64,000 nucleotides of DNA from Chlorokybus atmophyticus (taxonomy: Eukaryota; Plantae; Mesostigma and Chlorokybus algae): contig RHPI01002504.1 of the NCBI GenBank assembly GCA_009103225.1, positions 1 to 64,000 on the forward strand, in the 5' to 3' direction. Position numbers and translations under genes: made by a program. Positions within the stretch are counted from its first letter, which is position 1; each line of letters opens with the position of its first letter. Shown piece by piece: positions 44,500-57,800 of this stretch. Under the pieces are notes generated by a model. The model was not told where the DNA came from and did not search any database. It saw only the letters and a list, made by a program, of their open reading frames with translations.

Positions 44500-46811
44500 G
44501 GCGCACACGCCTAAGGAGGTAAACTTCCCTTCCTACCTATGCCCAACTGACCGCCCCCGCCGCCCCCGCCGCCGCCCCAGGAGAACCTACACAAGGCCAC
44601 TACTACTAAACTACACGGAGAGAAGTGTGCTTAGCGCTGTCGTGTCGGTGGTGGTGGTGTTGGTTGTTGCGGCCTGGAGGTGGCTAGCAATGTGACTGGT
44701 GTGGGCGGCGCGGGTGGTGAGAGGATTAGCTTAGCTTGGTCACTGGCAGGTAAGGCATGCACCTTGCGAGAGACTATTCCACTATTCAACACGTGAGGCA
44801 TGGGCGCATTGCTTGCTTGAAGCAAATTCTGTTGATTGGTGGGTGGGTGTGCCAGTGCCCGTCAAGGTCGTCAATTAAAAGACACGTTGTTCAGCGTTGC
44901 TTGCGACACTCGTGGCCAGAGGGTCATCTCTTGTACGTGTATAGCCAGCATTGTGGAATGCATGCAGTAGAAGCAATGCGCAGTACTTACCGCCGCTCGA
45001 CATAACACACACACTCCGTTGTTGCCCGAATTGCTTCCACCAAATAATCAACGTGCACGCTGTTTGGCAAGCTACCTCTTGCTGACGCGGCCAACCTTTG
45101 GCGTCACAGGATGGTGAAGCTGATTCATCACACCAAATCCAGGACAGTTCAGTCAGTGTCAGGCCTGGAGACTAGTTGACCTTGTGTGAAGAAAAAACCA
45201 CGCACTCTTTTTCGGGATCATGCAGGAGGTCTTTTCCCGGGCAGCGGCACATAACGGCCCCACTTGCTCCAAACATGTCCTCATAGCAAGGTCTCCATCC
45301 GCTGCAACTACAGCAAAGTCTACCCAATACTCTTCATAGCACACACAAGCACGTGCACGCAAGCACATACGCACACACGCCCCCTCGCATGCGCACACGC
45401 GCTCACCAGCATTGGTGTGTGTAGTGCAGGAGACGCTGATGGCATGTGTGTTGTTGCCCGCTCCATGAGAGTGTTTTTCCAGTAACGCTTGATGCTCAGG
45501 TGCATAGGTGAATGCCCGCGCACTTCTAGCGGGGACTGAGTTTGGGCCAGGCAGCCAAGCTGCTGGCATGCGTGGCCATTCGACACGGGCACAGACCACT
45601 GCGCTGTGTTTGTATGTGAGCCAGCTGCATGCAGCTGCAACATTGGAGACAAACCTTTGCGCAGCACACTCATACTCTACTAGTCGTGTGCTGTATCCTG
45701 AGATGTTAGAGCGAGCAAGGGTGATACTCGTTACGAGCTAGTTCCTGACCTGTGCGTGAGATGGTCATGTTGGTTGCCAATCACTGCCATCCGAAACAAA
45801 CCACATAATGCAAATCTGTCCGACTCCTTAAGCATGCACAACCTCAACTACCTCGTCAGCCTGCTGGAGACGCTGCCGCGGGGGCTTCTAGATATATGTG
45901 CATGTGGCGTGCTGGTAGAGGCAGAGGCGCGAGCGAGAAGCGGGCTTAACTAAGCATGCCATCACCGGCTAGTTGGTGTGCAAGAGCAATGCTTGGCTGT
46001 GAAAAACTAAGCAATCTAGCTGTGAAGCATTTGTTTGTCAGGAGTATAATCCGGGTAGACCACGCAGGTGTCTACATGGTGCACTTGCATAGATGGCATA
46101 ACAAATGTTGGATGACGCACATGATGCAGAGTAGAGCAAGCACAAGTGACATGGCCACCCGCATCTTGAGAATGTATCTGCTCCCCTCGTGCGTCACACC
46201 ACTCCCAAAGACCTAAATGTTGCGAGCTCTGTGCCTGTTATGTAGTTCACTCGCACTCTTTGATCAGCATATGGACCAATTCGTTTGATTGCTTGCGCAC
46301 TGTAGCTGGTGCAGGCATTGGCGCGGCTGCAGCATGAGGAACCAACCATAGCTGCCAAGCTCGGTTGTGAAAGGACATACGTCTACCCTGCATGTTGGTG
46401 CATGATGCATGCAACATGCACATCATGTCTTGCAGACAAGCCATCTGTAAACCTAACTTATTCACAAAATTGTCCTGCCGTGGCAACCAGCTGCACGGGT
46501 GGCGGCTGAACCCACCAGGAAAACCCCGGCAGCTGGCACTGGAGCAATATTTGCTTTCTACAAAACCAGCTCTGCCCTTCACTGTACCGCTGCAACACTG
46601 TTTTGAACTCTCCAGCAAAACCTCAGTCGAGGAAGGAACGCGTTTCCCGAGGGCTTGTCCCGAGACATTATGAAGGGTGGCTGTATGCTTACACACTTAT
46701 GGCTGGGGCGGATGTATCCATGTGCGACTCTTTCAAGTGGGAGCCGGCTGCTACATACCAAAATCTCGTTTATCTCGTTTATCTTGTTTGTCTTTGCTCT
46801 CTCTTGGCCAC

Positions 46812-48267
46812 TCAAACGACCGGGGAAGGGTGAGGGTTGCCCTTACGTCTACAAGAAAACGACTGCTTGCTCTGAGCTGAGCACGAAGTCGGGAAAGAGG
46901 ACCCCCTGCTGCGTGAGGGAGAACCATCTGAGGAGGAAGGGTATGGGTGCGACGATGGTGAGGCGCTGGGGCTCCGGATCTGAAGCTTCTCCAGCTTCGG
47001 CTGTTTGTTGGCGGGAGAGTGCGTGTACTCGCTGCTGCAGGCGTCTACAGGGCTGTCGGCGGACGCACGCTTGGTGGAGGACACATTGCATGGCTTGCAC
47101 TGACCCGCATTGCACTGGCCAGAGGCATCGCAGCAGCGGCTGCGAGACTTCTTGACAAAATTGGACATGAACGAGCCGTCGAAGCTGTCGGAGCTGTTCC
47201 TGCTGTTGCTGGAAGATTCCTTGTTGCTGCTGCTGTGGACCCTCGCTTTGCACTCGTCTTTGGCGCGCGACGCGCTGGGTGCAAGCTCCTTCATGCTGCC
47301 TCCTCTCTTGAAAACAGCATCTACCTGCAATGCAAGAACATTGCAGGTAGCTTTGAGCAGGATGGTCAAATAGCTAAGCAAGAAAGAGCATGACTGCTTG
47401 GGCAAGCACGCAGACGCACAAGCACCACACACAAAAGCATAAGCACAAGCAAGCACACCAACCTTGCAGCAGACAGAGCAGAAGCGGTATGCATCTTGCA
47501 AGGACCGGTCGCAGGTCTCACACGCATTGGACAGCGAGCCCGGTTTGGAGGGGCGATGCTGCGGCCGCTGGTTGAGGAACACCACCCTGGCGCCATTGAT
47601 GATGTACGTCTGCACACCACTCCAGTCCAGCAAGCGGCCAATGTCACTCAGGCGTACCACGTCATGGTACACATAGCGCCGAATCTACAAGAAGAGGAGA
47701 AGAATTGGCCTCACGCGAGAACACATACACAACCAGCTGCTTCCAATCAACTTCAGGCACAGCGCAGCTCAAACTCGCACCTGGATGAGATTGTGGTCTC
47801 TGTGCGCGGGCAGGCAGTGCTGGCAGAGGACGCCAGCTGTGCCAGGTAGGGCAGCGCAGTCTATGCACAAAATGTTGGTCTCGTTCTTCTTGCTAGCCTC
47901 GTGCCGGCCGCAACCAGTGAAGAACTTGGCCGTCAGCAGCGTGTGAAGCCAGCCTGGACGCTGTTGCTGCTCAAACTGCTGCTCAAACTGCTGTTGCTGA
48001 CACTGGGGTTCGGGCTGCAGCTGCAACTGCTGAGGACGCTTCTTTTGCTGCTGCTGCTCAGCAATAAAAGCCTGGGCGGAGTCTAATTGCTGCTCATCGT
48101 CCTCCAGAACAGGCACAACTTGCATGAGGGCGCTCAGCGCATAGCCAACCTGTAGGCAGGCAACATCTCACTCAGTTCATGGCTGGAATGCACCATTGCT
48201 ACTTCTCAACGAACTTGCTCATGAGAATTGGCATACCAACTCTGCGGGCCACTTGCAAACTCACCAT
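46812..48267 (-). CDS. PLATZ zinc-binding transcription factor
   Basis: Exons ATG (48267-48265, tentative), 48149-47781, 47684-47463, 47324-46812; PGWLHTLLTAKFFTGC..H, IRRYVYHDVVR, VQTYIINGARVVFLNQRP, CETCDRSLQDAYRFCSVCCK, RRKGNPHPSP. Confidence 0.93.
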
Positions 48268-48801
48268 GATTAACGTAGCCCTTCTTGCGGCGGCGGCAAT
48301 GCTAGAAAGCTGAGCTTTGTTGCTATTATTCCCGTCTTGAACTGCTCAGAGTCGACACAGCACAGTTTCAACAGCATACGCTGTAACAAGCACACTTGTT
48401 CCACCTTCCAAGAACTACTGACGACAGCGCTACCGACGACGCCATGGACCAGCAGGATGACATCCTCCCAACCGTCGCCCACCCCGCCGCCCGTACACCC
48501 ATCCCAAGCCAAGCTTCAGCCAGAGTTGCTCTCTTCACCCCTACGCACTCCTCAACCTCAAGTCCTAGCCAACATCCTCCACGACACCTCTTTGTCCTCG
48601 TCGTGCTCCTGCTCCTCCTCCTCCGCCGCCAATTGGACACGGCTTCAGCCACAGCTACAGCTTCAGCTTGCTACTTCACAGCTTTGCTGCCAACAAGCTT
48701 GCAATTGACCTTGCGGCAGAAAAAACAGACAAGAGAGATCCTCTGCGGGGGAATTTTCGGGAATCCAAAAAGCAGGGGCGAGGGAGAGATTATTGATTAA
48801 T

Positions 48802-48809
48802 AAACCCTA
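48802..48809 (+). promoter_or_regulatory. Telo-box core AAACCCTA between PLATZ and the DUF2358 gene
   Basis: Motif in a divergent intergenic region. Confidence 0.35.
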
Positions 48810-49402
48810 CGCACAGAGGAAAAACGGGTAATTCTGTGCTGCGATTGCGGCTTCAATAGACCGGCAAACGCCAAAGGGAATATGTCGGCCAGCGTAGCAT
48901 ATTGCAACGCATTGACGATTCCACCCTATTCCCTTCCACTGCGAAAAGCCGCCCCAGCGTTAACTAGCTTCTGGAATCTCACCCCTGGGAAGATTCCCTT
49001 ACCACACCCGAGTCCTCTGGCATGGCAAAGTGAGCCTGACGGAATAATAATTTGTCAATGACTTCTGTTAGCCGCCCCCTGCCTGCGCCGCCGTTACTGC
49101 CATGCTGCGGCCTGTGCATAACGTAAGCACGGGGTCTGACATGTGTACGGGTCCGTTGAGATTCTTTGGCGCGGGGTGATAATCAATGAGACTCATGTAG
49201 CGGCGAGAGATCGATCGGTCGTTTGATCGGTTTCGGTCCTCCTCAGTGCTGTCCGCCTGTGCAGACAGCAGCGAAACGACCGCGCGAACGAACGCCGAGG
49301 GGATGGCTGTGCGGAAGTGCGGCGCACAAGGGAGCACAAGGCGCACAAGCCAGGCCAAGCTAGACCAGCCCGGACTGCGAGACCAGGCCAAGCGGAGATG
49401 GG

Positions 49403-50618
49403 ATGGCGGCGGCTGCGGCGCCCGCTGCGGCGGTGTTGATAAACGCAGCTCCATTGACGCCACCGTCACGCTGTAACTGGGCTCGTGGGAGAAGTCGGCG
49501 GCGAAGTGGTGTCGTGAGCGTACGCTCCTGCGCGGAGGGCAAGGCGGCGCCGACGGCATCACCGCCGCCGCAGCAACAACAGGCGGCGGCGCCTGTGAGG
49601 GCTGCTGTGAGTCTGGTCACCGGCCTGCTGTCGCTGGCTGGTAAATATGTTATCAACTCTACTCGATGAGATGTCACAAGCGCCGACACACGCTGATACA
49701 TTTTTGCAGGCAAGAGACAAGGCAGCACAACGCCAGGTCGGTTAACATGCATCGCACAGATTGCATGCACCATCATTACTCTTGCTCCATTGCAGTAGTT
49801 CAATGCCTGAGCTGAACTGCGTTGATAGTGGTTCCAGGCCATTGCATGTGTGCATGTGTGCATGTGTCATATGTGTCCTACATGCAGCTTCCTCCAAGAA
49901 GGCCAGCATTGGTTCAGTAGAGGAAGCCATTACGCTTCTGCGAGAGGACTTCGCTGAAGAGTACTTTGTGACTGCACGCATCAATGCCGACCTCTATGAC
50001 GATAACTGCCTGTTTGCGGATCCGACGGTATGTATGGGTGAATGACACTAACGCAACCTCACTCATACTGCGCACGTGAGTGTGCATGTGTGCATGTGCA
50101 TGCACGTGTGTGCGTATGTCTATGAGTGTGCGTGTGCGTGTTACTGTGGTAGTATGTGTGTGTCTGTGCGTCCAATGGTGCGCGCATGGATGAAAGACAC
50201 CAATACAACCTCACGCACTAACGAAATACATGTACGCATGTGTGCTTGCGGTGTGTGTTCATGCGTACAGGTGTCATTCAGGGGGTTGGAAAGGTGGCGT
50301 CGCAACATCAGTCTCCTGATGCCCTTCTTCATCAACCCGACAATAACTCTACTTGACGTCCAAGTGACTAGCCCGCTCTTACTGCTCGCATCATGGCGGT
50401 TGACCACGCACCTGAAGCTGCCTTGGAGACCATACATCAACATTAACGGGATGACTGACTACACGCTTGACCAGGAAAGCCTTCGCGTCACGGCCCATGT
50501 GGAGCGTTGGGATGTGTCGCCTCTGCAGGCCATTGGATTGATATTCCGCCCGGGCAGCCTTGTAAGCAGTAGAAACAGTGATGATAAGTCGCTGAGGCAA
50601 TATTTACATCAACGTTAG
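49403..50618 (+). CDS. DUF2358 (NTF2/SnoaL-like) protein, probably plastid-targeted
   Basis: Transit-peptide-like exon 1; LREDFAEEYFVT...LYDDNCLFADPT|VSFRGLERWRRN; KLPWRPYI; HVERWDVS. Confidence 0.85.
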
Positions 50619-53054
50619 CATCAATGTCAGCAGCTGTATGCATACAGTCAATGGGTTGGTTTGACTTCTGTTCCACGCAAGTGGTTCCTCACCAATAACA
50701 GGTCAACATGTGTGTAAAAGTCATGATGGTTGAAACCACTTCATGACTGTGAAATGTGCAATGAACCCAACGTGCGCCATGCTGTGTGCCGGAACCACGT
50801 GAACACCCTCCTCAACCTTGTGCATCGATTGCTGCTCAATGTGTCAGCTAGTGCACATTATACAGCAGCCAACTCAGAAACAAATGATAAACCGAAACAT
50901 AAGTGCTGCCTGCGTGTTTGGATATGCACGCAGCACATAGCCAGTCAGTGTCTAGAACATGTGCTCTGGCACACACATCCTGAAGAACAGCTGCCGATTG
51001 GCAAGCACACAATGGTTTACTTTGCGCAGTGACTCAACCACACCTGTAGAGATGCGTGTCCACTCATGCAGGGTGTGTGGCATGACAAAGTCACGTTGCA
51101 CCACCTCCAAGACTGCTCCACCGCTGTACACGGCTGCGCAGGTTGCCTTTCTACATGAAGGATGCAGCTGGTTGAAGTCCACGCCTTTGCGAGCACCTAC
51201 ACTAAGGGGCACAGTGGATTGGTATAGCAATCAATATGTGCGAACAGGACTGGTGTGGCATGGATGCTTGTTGAGCACGCTGCACAAAGCTATCTACTCT
51301 GATGATGTCCGCATGCTTCATAGAAACGCTGTGCATCCCACGGATGGCCACAACGCCTGATTTTGACATGCGGTTGGGGTTGACTTGACAACCGAGTGCG
51401 GCTGAGACACATCTGGACAGCAATATCAACACGGTGTCTGCTGGGGCTGAGCTTGGCAACAACATGATATTAACACAGATGCACCAATCCACTTGACATG
51501 AAAGTTCGTAGTCAACAAGCCATGTGGTCGTACCTTGCACACTGTGGCCTTCAATTAGGCTTACATCGCTGCATGCGGTATCGTGCACAGATGTCCACGG
51601 TATGCACACCAATCAACACCGCGCAATGGTAATGTTGATTCTGTCAATGACACGAGAAGCTACCTGCAGAGCAACACAACACACCTGCAGTAGGCTCTGC
51701 TGCATGCACTCATGCCCACTATGGTGCCCATGGAAACACGCGTACTCACAGATCGCATGGACCTCTGCAGCGCCGCATGGTGGTTGACTCCCAATGCTTC
51801 TTGACTGGAAGGATCTCCAGCCCGCTGAAAGCACAACATCAACACGTTTGATCCATTTTCTTACCTGCAGTCCATCACATAATCACCGGAAAAAGCGGTG
51901 AGTGCATTGCTGGCAACGCAGCTTGTAAGCACACCATGCATGTTGGCCTCGAATTTCTACAATATAACAGCGCCGCAAGTACACAGTGACAACCTGTTGC
52001 AGCTGCGAGCATAAGGGAGTGCACTGCGTGGCGTGCGTGCATGCAATCTGCGCGCCGAGTGAACGGAGCCCTAGCCTGCAGCAACCATAGCGGCAGCAGG
52101 GTAGGCGAGCGACAGTGCAGGCGGCGGAGGGGATGGAGGGGGAGGGGCGGGGAGTCGGCGTCCTGCTGCTGTCTGCATGGCTGCTGCGACCGACCCACTG
52201 ACCAAGACGCATGTGCAGGTGCTTGACCTTGCCGTGCATGCATGCCTGCCTGCATGACTAACAGGGGGGCAGTAGTAGTAGGATTAGGTAGGCGTGGTAG
52301 ATAGCAGGTGCGTTGAGCCCGGTGGTCGAATATACACATGTATGTAAGAAAAAAGTTGCAATCATGCGTACCTGATCATAACACCTGAAGTCCATTCGCG
52401 CTCTTCTCCGCCTGTTAGCAAGCTTCCCGCTGCGCATGCTTGCAAAACAGTACAGCTGTAGAGCTGTTGAGCCTGAGCCACATAGCGATGGCGCCATGAT
52501 GCAGACATTGTATGTATGCTGTAGTAAACTACCGCTTGGGGTTCAGCTGTTACATCAACAGCAGATGGCGAATGCGCACACACGCATGGCGCCGCACGCC
52601 AACTGTCAAAAAGCAAGCAAGGAAGCTGCTTACTGTGGCTGCAAGTCTGCCTGATAGACTTGAGCAGGCAAGACAAGTCAAGGGTGTTGTGACACAATTA
52701 TCTTCGCTTATTGCGGGGCACAAGAAGCGCTCTGTTGGGGGAGTGTTGGCAGGTTGGTAGAGCTGACTAGATCAAACCCAAGCAAGAAGCATGAGCAAAA
52801 CATCAACATATCCACCTCGCCTGTAATAGGTACTAGATAAGCGATGGTTATCTGCAATGCCTGAGGCAACTGCTACTCTACAAGCGAAAGGGCTATTGTT
52901 GTTAATACAAAGAGACATGTGTCTCTGAAGCTGACATGTGTGTTTGTATGGGGGTAGAGCAAACAAGCCCGCGCACTGGAATACAACAACAGCTACGCAA
53001 CTCGATGGACGCTGTCGGCAGCGCAAACAATGCGGAAAACAGGTTTCCTACCAC

Positions 53055-54642
53055 TTAAGCAACACGCTGTGAGACTTTATTGGTTTTGTACACTTTGTCG
53101 CACCTCTCCTCAAAGGACCTTACCATGCGCTGCACAACCTCAGAGAAGAACAAGTTGGCTGCCTGCCAAGGATAAGATCATGCCATCAGCCACACACAAG
53201 GTTGATGGTAATATGCAGCTTGAGGGTGTGAGGATTGTCTTACTTGTGCGTATAGCTGTGACTTGAATTGGAAGTCAACGGTAAAGGTAAGCCATGATGT
53301 GCCTGGTCTCGGGCCGGGTGAGAACTCCCACTTGTTTATGAGGTGGTGGAACAGGTTGCTTTCAATAGATGTAGCCTAACCCAAGCAGAAGGTACACACT
53401 CAGTGAGCACCCGGCTACTGAAAGCGTGCACAGAATACAAACAATACGTATTCCCTCTCCTCTCTCAGCAAGAACTACTGGCTAAATATGCGTTTTTGCA
53501 CACACTCACTCGTGCCCATGCACACACTCACATTAGCACAGCAGATAATAGTGGAGCATGAATTGGACGCGCACAACATTGACACATGCGCACGCGTGCA
53601 CGCATGCGCATGCATGAAACCACACATAGACACACAGACAGACAGACAGACAAATACACGTACGCACGCACAAAGAGAGCGCGCGCCTCTGTTCGAGTGA
53701 CGCACCTTCACCATTTCTGGCCGCTTGAGTGTGACAAGCGACACGTAGCGCTCCACAAAGAACTTAAACCCAACTTCGAGCTCCGCTTCCAATGACTCAG
53801 GCGATCTTTTCCGCAGCACGCGCGACCGCTGGCACCACGGCACGTACTGCTCATAGTGCGACACGTCCGCCACAACATCAAACAGCTGCTCCGGAGTGTA
53901 CCTGCGAATAAACACAACACGCATTATTGTACATACCCATATAGGCACGCAACCACATAAGCACAACAAACCAGCGTGGCAACAAGGCATCATTATAACA
54001 AGTAAAGGACACTCGCTCTACAGTATAGGTTGCAATCTGTTGAAACTGGTCTGCAATGCGCCACAACATGCTTCATGCACTCAGTCAGCATCAATCTGTA
54101 TTCATGTGCAGTCAAGAATGGGTGTCCAGCAAAGCAGGTAATCTTGACTTTAGCTAATTATGGCTGTGCTGTGCACAATGCTCCTAAAATTGCTGAGTTA
54201 CTGGCCTTCGACAGCAAGTGTACGCCAATGCACATTACGCTACACTTGTGCGGCCACACAAACCAACCTTTTTTGCAACGCAAGCACTGTTCTAATAGCG
54301 TCAAGCCATGCACGGGTATGGTGGTGATGATGATGGTGGAGGTGTTGAGGATGGTTGAGCATGCAAGCAGCGAGGCACGTACGGCAGCAGGCGCTTTTCG
54401 TGATGAACCTTGCGCAACTCGCCGCCGCCACCAGGCGGCGCGAACCTGCCGGCCAAGCCGAACAGCTGTCGCAGCTGGCCTGGCCTGGCCCAATCCTCCA
54501 CCTCCTGCTGGTACGACGTGGACGGGTGCGGAGGCGGCGGCGAGCATGCGGCGGTGGCTGCTCCAAGCGCTTTCCTCCTCGAAGATGACAAAGATGAGCT
54601 TCCCGACCTGACGGCACGCACCGCCGCCCTCCGCCACATCGC
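53055..54642 (-). CDS. COQ10: Coenzyme Q-binding protein COQ10 (START/polyketide cyclase fold)
   Basis: EKRLLP|YTPEQLFDVVADVSHYEQYVPWCQRS, ELEVGFKFFVERYVS, LFHHLINKWEF, VDFQFKSQLY, ANLFFSEVVQRMVRSFEERC. Confidence 0.92.
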
Positions 54643-54695
54643 CACCAACACCGCCGCCGCCGCTGCCGGCAGGCGGCTACACTAATCCCTACCAG

Positions 54696-54705
54696 CCCTA
54701 AACCC
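54696..54705 (+). promoter_or_regulatory. Telo-box-like CCCTAAACCC in the divergent COQ10/CDC27 promoter
   Basis: Motif in a ~200-bp head-to-head intergenic region. Confidence 0.4.
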
Positions 54706-54850
54706 AGTTTGTTAACCCAACTATACCCGAGGATAAACGGTCTCCGTCAACAGTTAGATTGGAACGCTTCCCGGGACGGCGGCGGTGGTGGCGGTGGCGG
54801 CGGCGATGGGGTTGGGGTTGGGGTTGGGGTTGTGAGGAGAGGGGTCAGCC

Positions 54851-57800
54851 ATGGACGAGACGGCGCTGTGGCTGGAGACAGCTGTGGTGGAGTCCCTTTC
54901 CTGCCACCTCTACGCTAACGCCACCTGGCTGTGCGAGCGCCTGCACGCCGCCCGTGGCCATGACGACGAGGCCGCCGCCCACCTCCTCGCCACATGCTAC
55001 TACCGCGCAGGCAAGATCTACAAAGCCCTCCTCGTGCTTAAAGGTGAGCCAATTTACTTGATAGGTTGAGCACAAGTACCTCTCTTGTCCTGTACCTGCG
55101 TGCTCAACCTGGTTGCTTCATTCTCAATTGTTGATTGCATGCTACAGTTGTCTTTACTGACTATATAATGGGAGCTCTTGCATTTATAGACAGAGTTGCT
55201 GGTGTTTGTTGTATGTAAATTGTGGATGTTCACAACATGCAGGAACAGTTTCTGTTTATCACCACGCACTTGATGGTTATCATGCTAATTGCAATGTCCC
55301 CCCTTTTTTCAGGTACAACTTCTCCCAACTGTCGGTACCTGTACGGGCTGTGTTGCTTGCAAACCGGCAAGCTCGCGGAGGCAGAGAGTGCTCTCACACC
55401 GCCTCCCGGCTCACATGGCCAGGTACTGTAGTTGTGTGCATCACAAATCTGAGTTGATTATTATGTCTAAGTTGCTTTTCGTCATCGAAACGTTGGCGTT
55501 TGTTGCTGTGCACAATGAGTGTGCATGTGTTCGGTAACTTTGCGAGTTATAAGCAGGTTCCGCGAGGCGCTGCTGGACACTATTTGCTGGGACTGATTTG
55601 CAAGTAAGGCTAACTGACAGTTGTTGTTAGACGGTGTGTGTACGCATGTGCGCACCCACGGGACAGTTGTTTGTGAGTTCTTCTCGATGCGCTTGCGTAC
55701 GTGTCATGCTTCCATGTTGTTGTACTTCCGTATTGACTGTCTGCCTGTTGTGCCTAGGCAGTCCAGTCGCCGCGAAGCTGCTATTCAGCAGTTCACAACG
55801 GCGCTGTCACTTGACCGCTCACTCTGGTGCGCGTATGAACAGCTATGCATTCTGGGTAAGACGCCGCCTGTGGTAGCAGTGCTTGCAAACCAATCAATCT
55901 TGCTCAACACTACGTTAGTCACATGCAGTGCGCATGCATGGGCGTTATAGAAACGGTTACTTCAACTTGCCATCTTATAGGCCGACAGTGCTATCGCTTA
56001 CTAAATAGCGTACCATGTGCAAAGGAATGAGTTTTGGTTTTTGAGCTCGGGATTCATTTAAGAAAAAGGGTGTGTTTGATGCAAGGTATGCGTCGTTGTC
56101 TTTCAGAATCATAGATATGTCGCACGTGACAGGTGCAGATGTGGACCCCAAGCTGGTGTTTGCGGACCCTGTCGGCGAGGAGCTCGCCCCTGACATTATG
56201 CAGACCGCTCATGTCATGATGCTGGCAAGCCCACACACCGCTCCTCACAAAAATGCGCCAACTGCCAGACTGAATTCACGATTACAGGTGAGAATGTTGT
56301 GACAGTGTTTTGAGGGTGATGTCGCGTGGCTTATCATATCGCTTGCAGAGTCAGGCCGAACCCTCGCAACCCAGCCCGTCTTTGGCGGAGTTCAGCACGC
56401 CGTCGCCGTCCGCGAACAACGTCACCAACCTAGCCGCTCCCCCGCGCGTTGAGCGCGCCAATCACAACAACCATGCGCACACGCCCCCGAGCACCACGCC
56501 CGGCAACCGGCGCAAGTTCGTGGACGAAGGCAAACTGCGCAAGGTGCAACAGTTGCGCACACACGCACACATTGTCAAGCCGTTAGGCACTTGCATGGCG
56601 CATGTGGTCAGTGTGCAGTATCAATGTGCTGTGGCTTGGTCATGTCAGGCACAGACATGAAGAATTCTGCTTAGTTTTTGGCATTACTACTTCAAGCGCA
56701 TGTAAAATCAGTCGTTGTGGCCATACGTGGGATGCACAGCGTTCTATGAATCATGCGGACATCAACAGAGTAGATAGCTTTGTGCTGCGTGCTGAAAAGC
56801 ACAACCATGCTGCACCAGTCCTGCTCTTACATACGATCATCGCTGTTAAAATCCACTGTCTGTGCTTAACCGCATCCAGATGGGTGACTTGAGGCAGGTG
56901 TCGGGACGGCTGTTTGGGGATGCCTCGGTGCCGCGGCGAAGCTCGCGATTAAATGCGGCTGCGAGCAACAGCGCTCACGTTGATGCAGTTGATTTCACGA
57001 CACCGCCGGCTGCAAGGTATGTGTGTGTTTACATGTGAAGAGTGCAACTTTGTGCAGTTATGTTGCACATGCACGCGCACATGACACTGAGTGTTGGTGT
57101 TGACTTGACAGTGCTGCGCCGCATCACGTGTCCGCGCGACAATCATCATTGTCACAAGCTTCACAGCGATTGCAAGGCGCAGTGGCACCAGATGTGATGC
57201 ACGCGAACGATCTGCATGGTGGGTTGTTGTGCTGTGGCTCGCTGTATTGTTGGATAATATTGTTGATCATAACTAATGAATACTCAACGCAGCCGTGCGG
57301 GAAGATGTACTGGATGGTGCACAGCCGTCACACGCACAGACAGCTTCTTTAGCCTTGCTTCGCACGCTTGGGGATGGCTTTAAACATATGTGTAGATACA
57401 AATGCTCGGTAAGTGCAATCGTTTCCATACATGCAGACCCACAGCCTGCTGTCCACTTTGCTGCTTATTGCATGTCATGCGCTAAGATACATGAATTGTG
57501 CCATCGCAGGCGGCGTTGAATGTGTTTTTGCAGCTGCCGACCTGTCAATACCAGACTGGCTGGGTACTCAGTCAGGTGAGCAAGATATACTGCATGCCGC
57601 AGCATACTGTTGTGACGCAGGTTTACTGGGTGCACGTTCAACAACTTGTAACAACTAACAGATTGTAAAACTGCCAACTCAAGCAGTCGTTTACACAAAG
57701 TCCATCAAACAATTGCGCAGTTTGTGTACACTGCAGTCGCCGTCCTTTCACAGGAAAAGGGCATGTTGTTCATGTGCAGGTGGGTAGGGCTTATTTTGAG

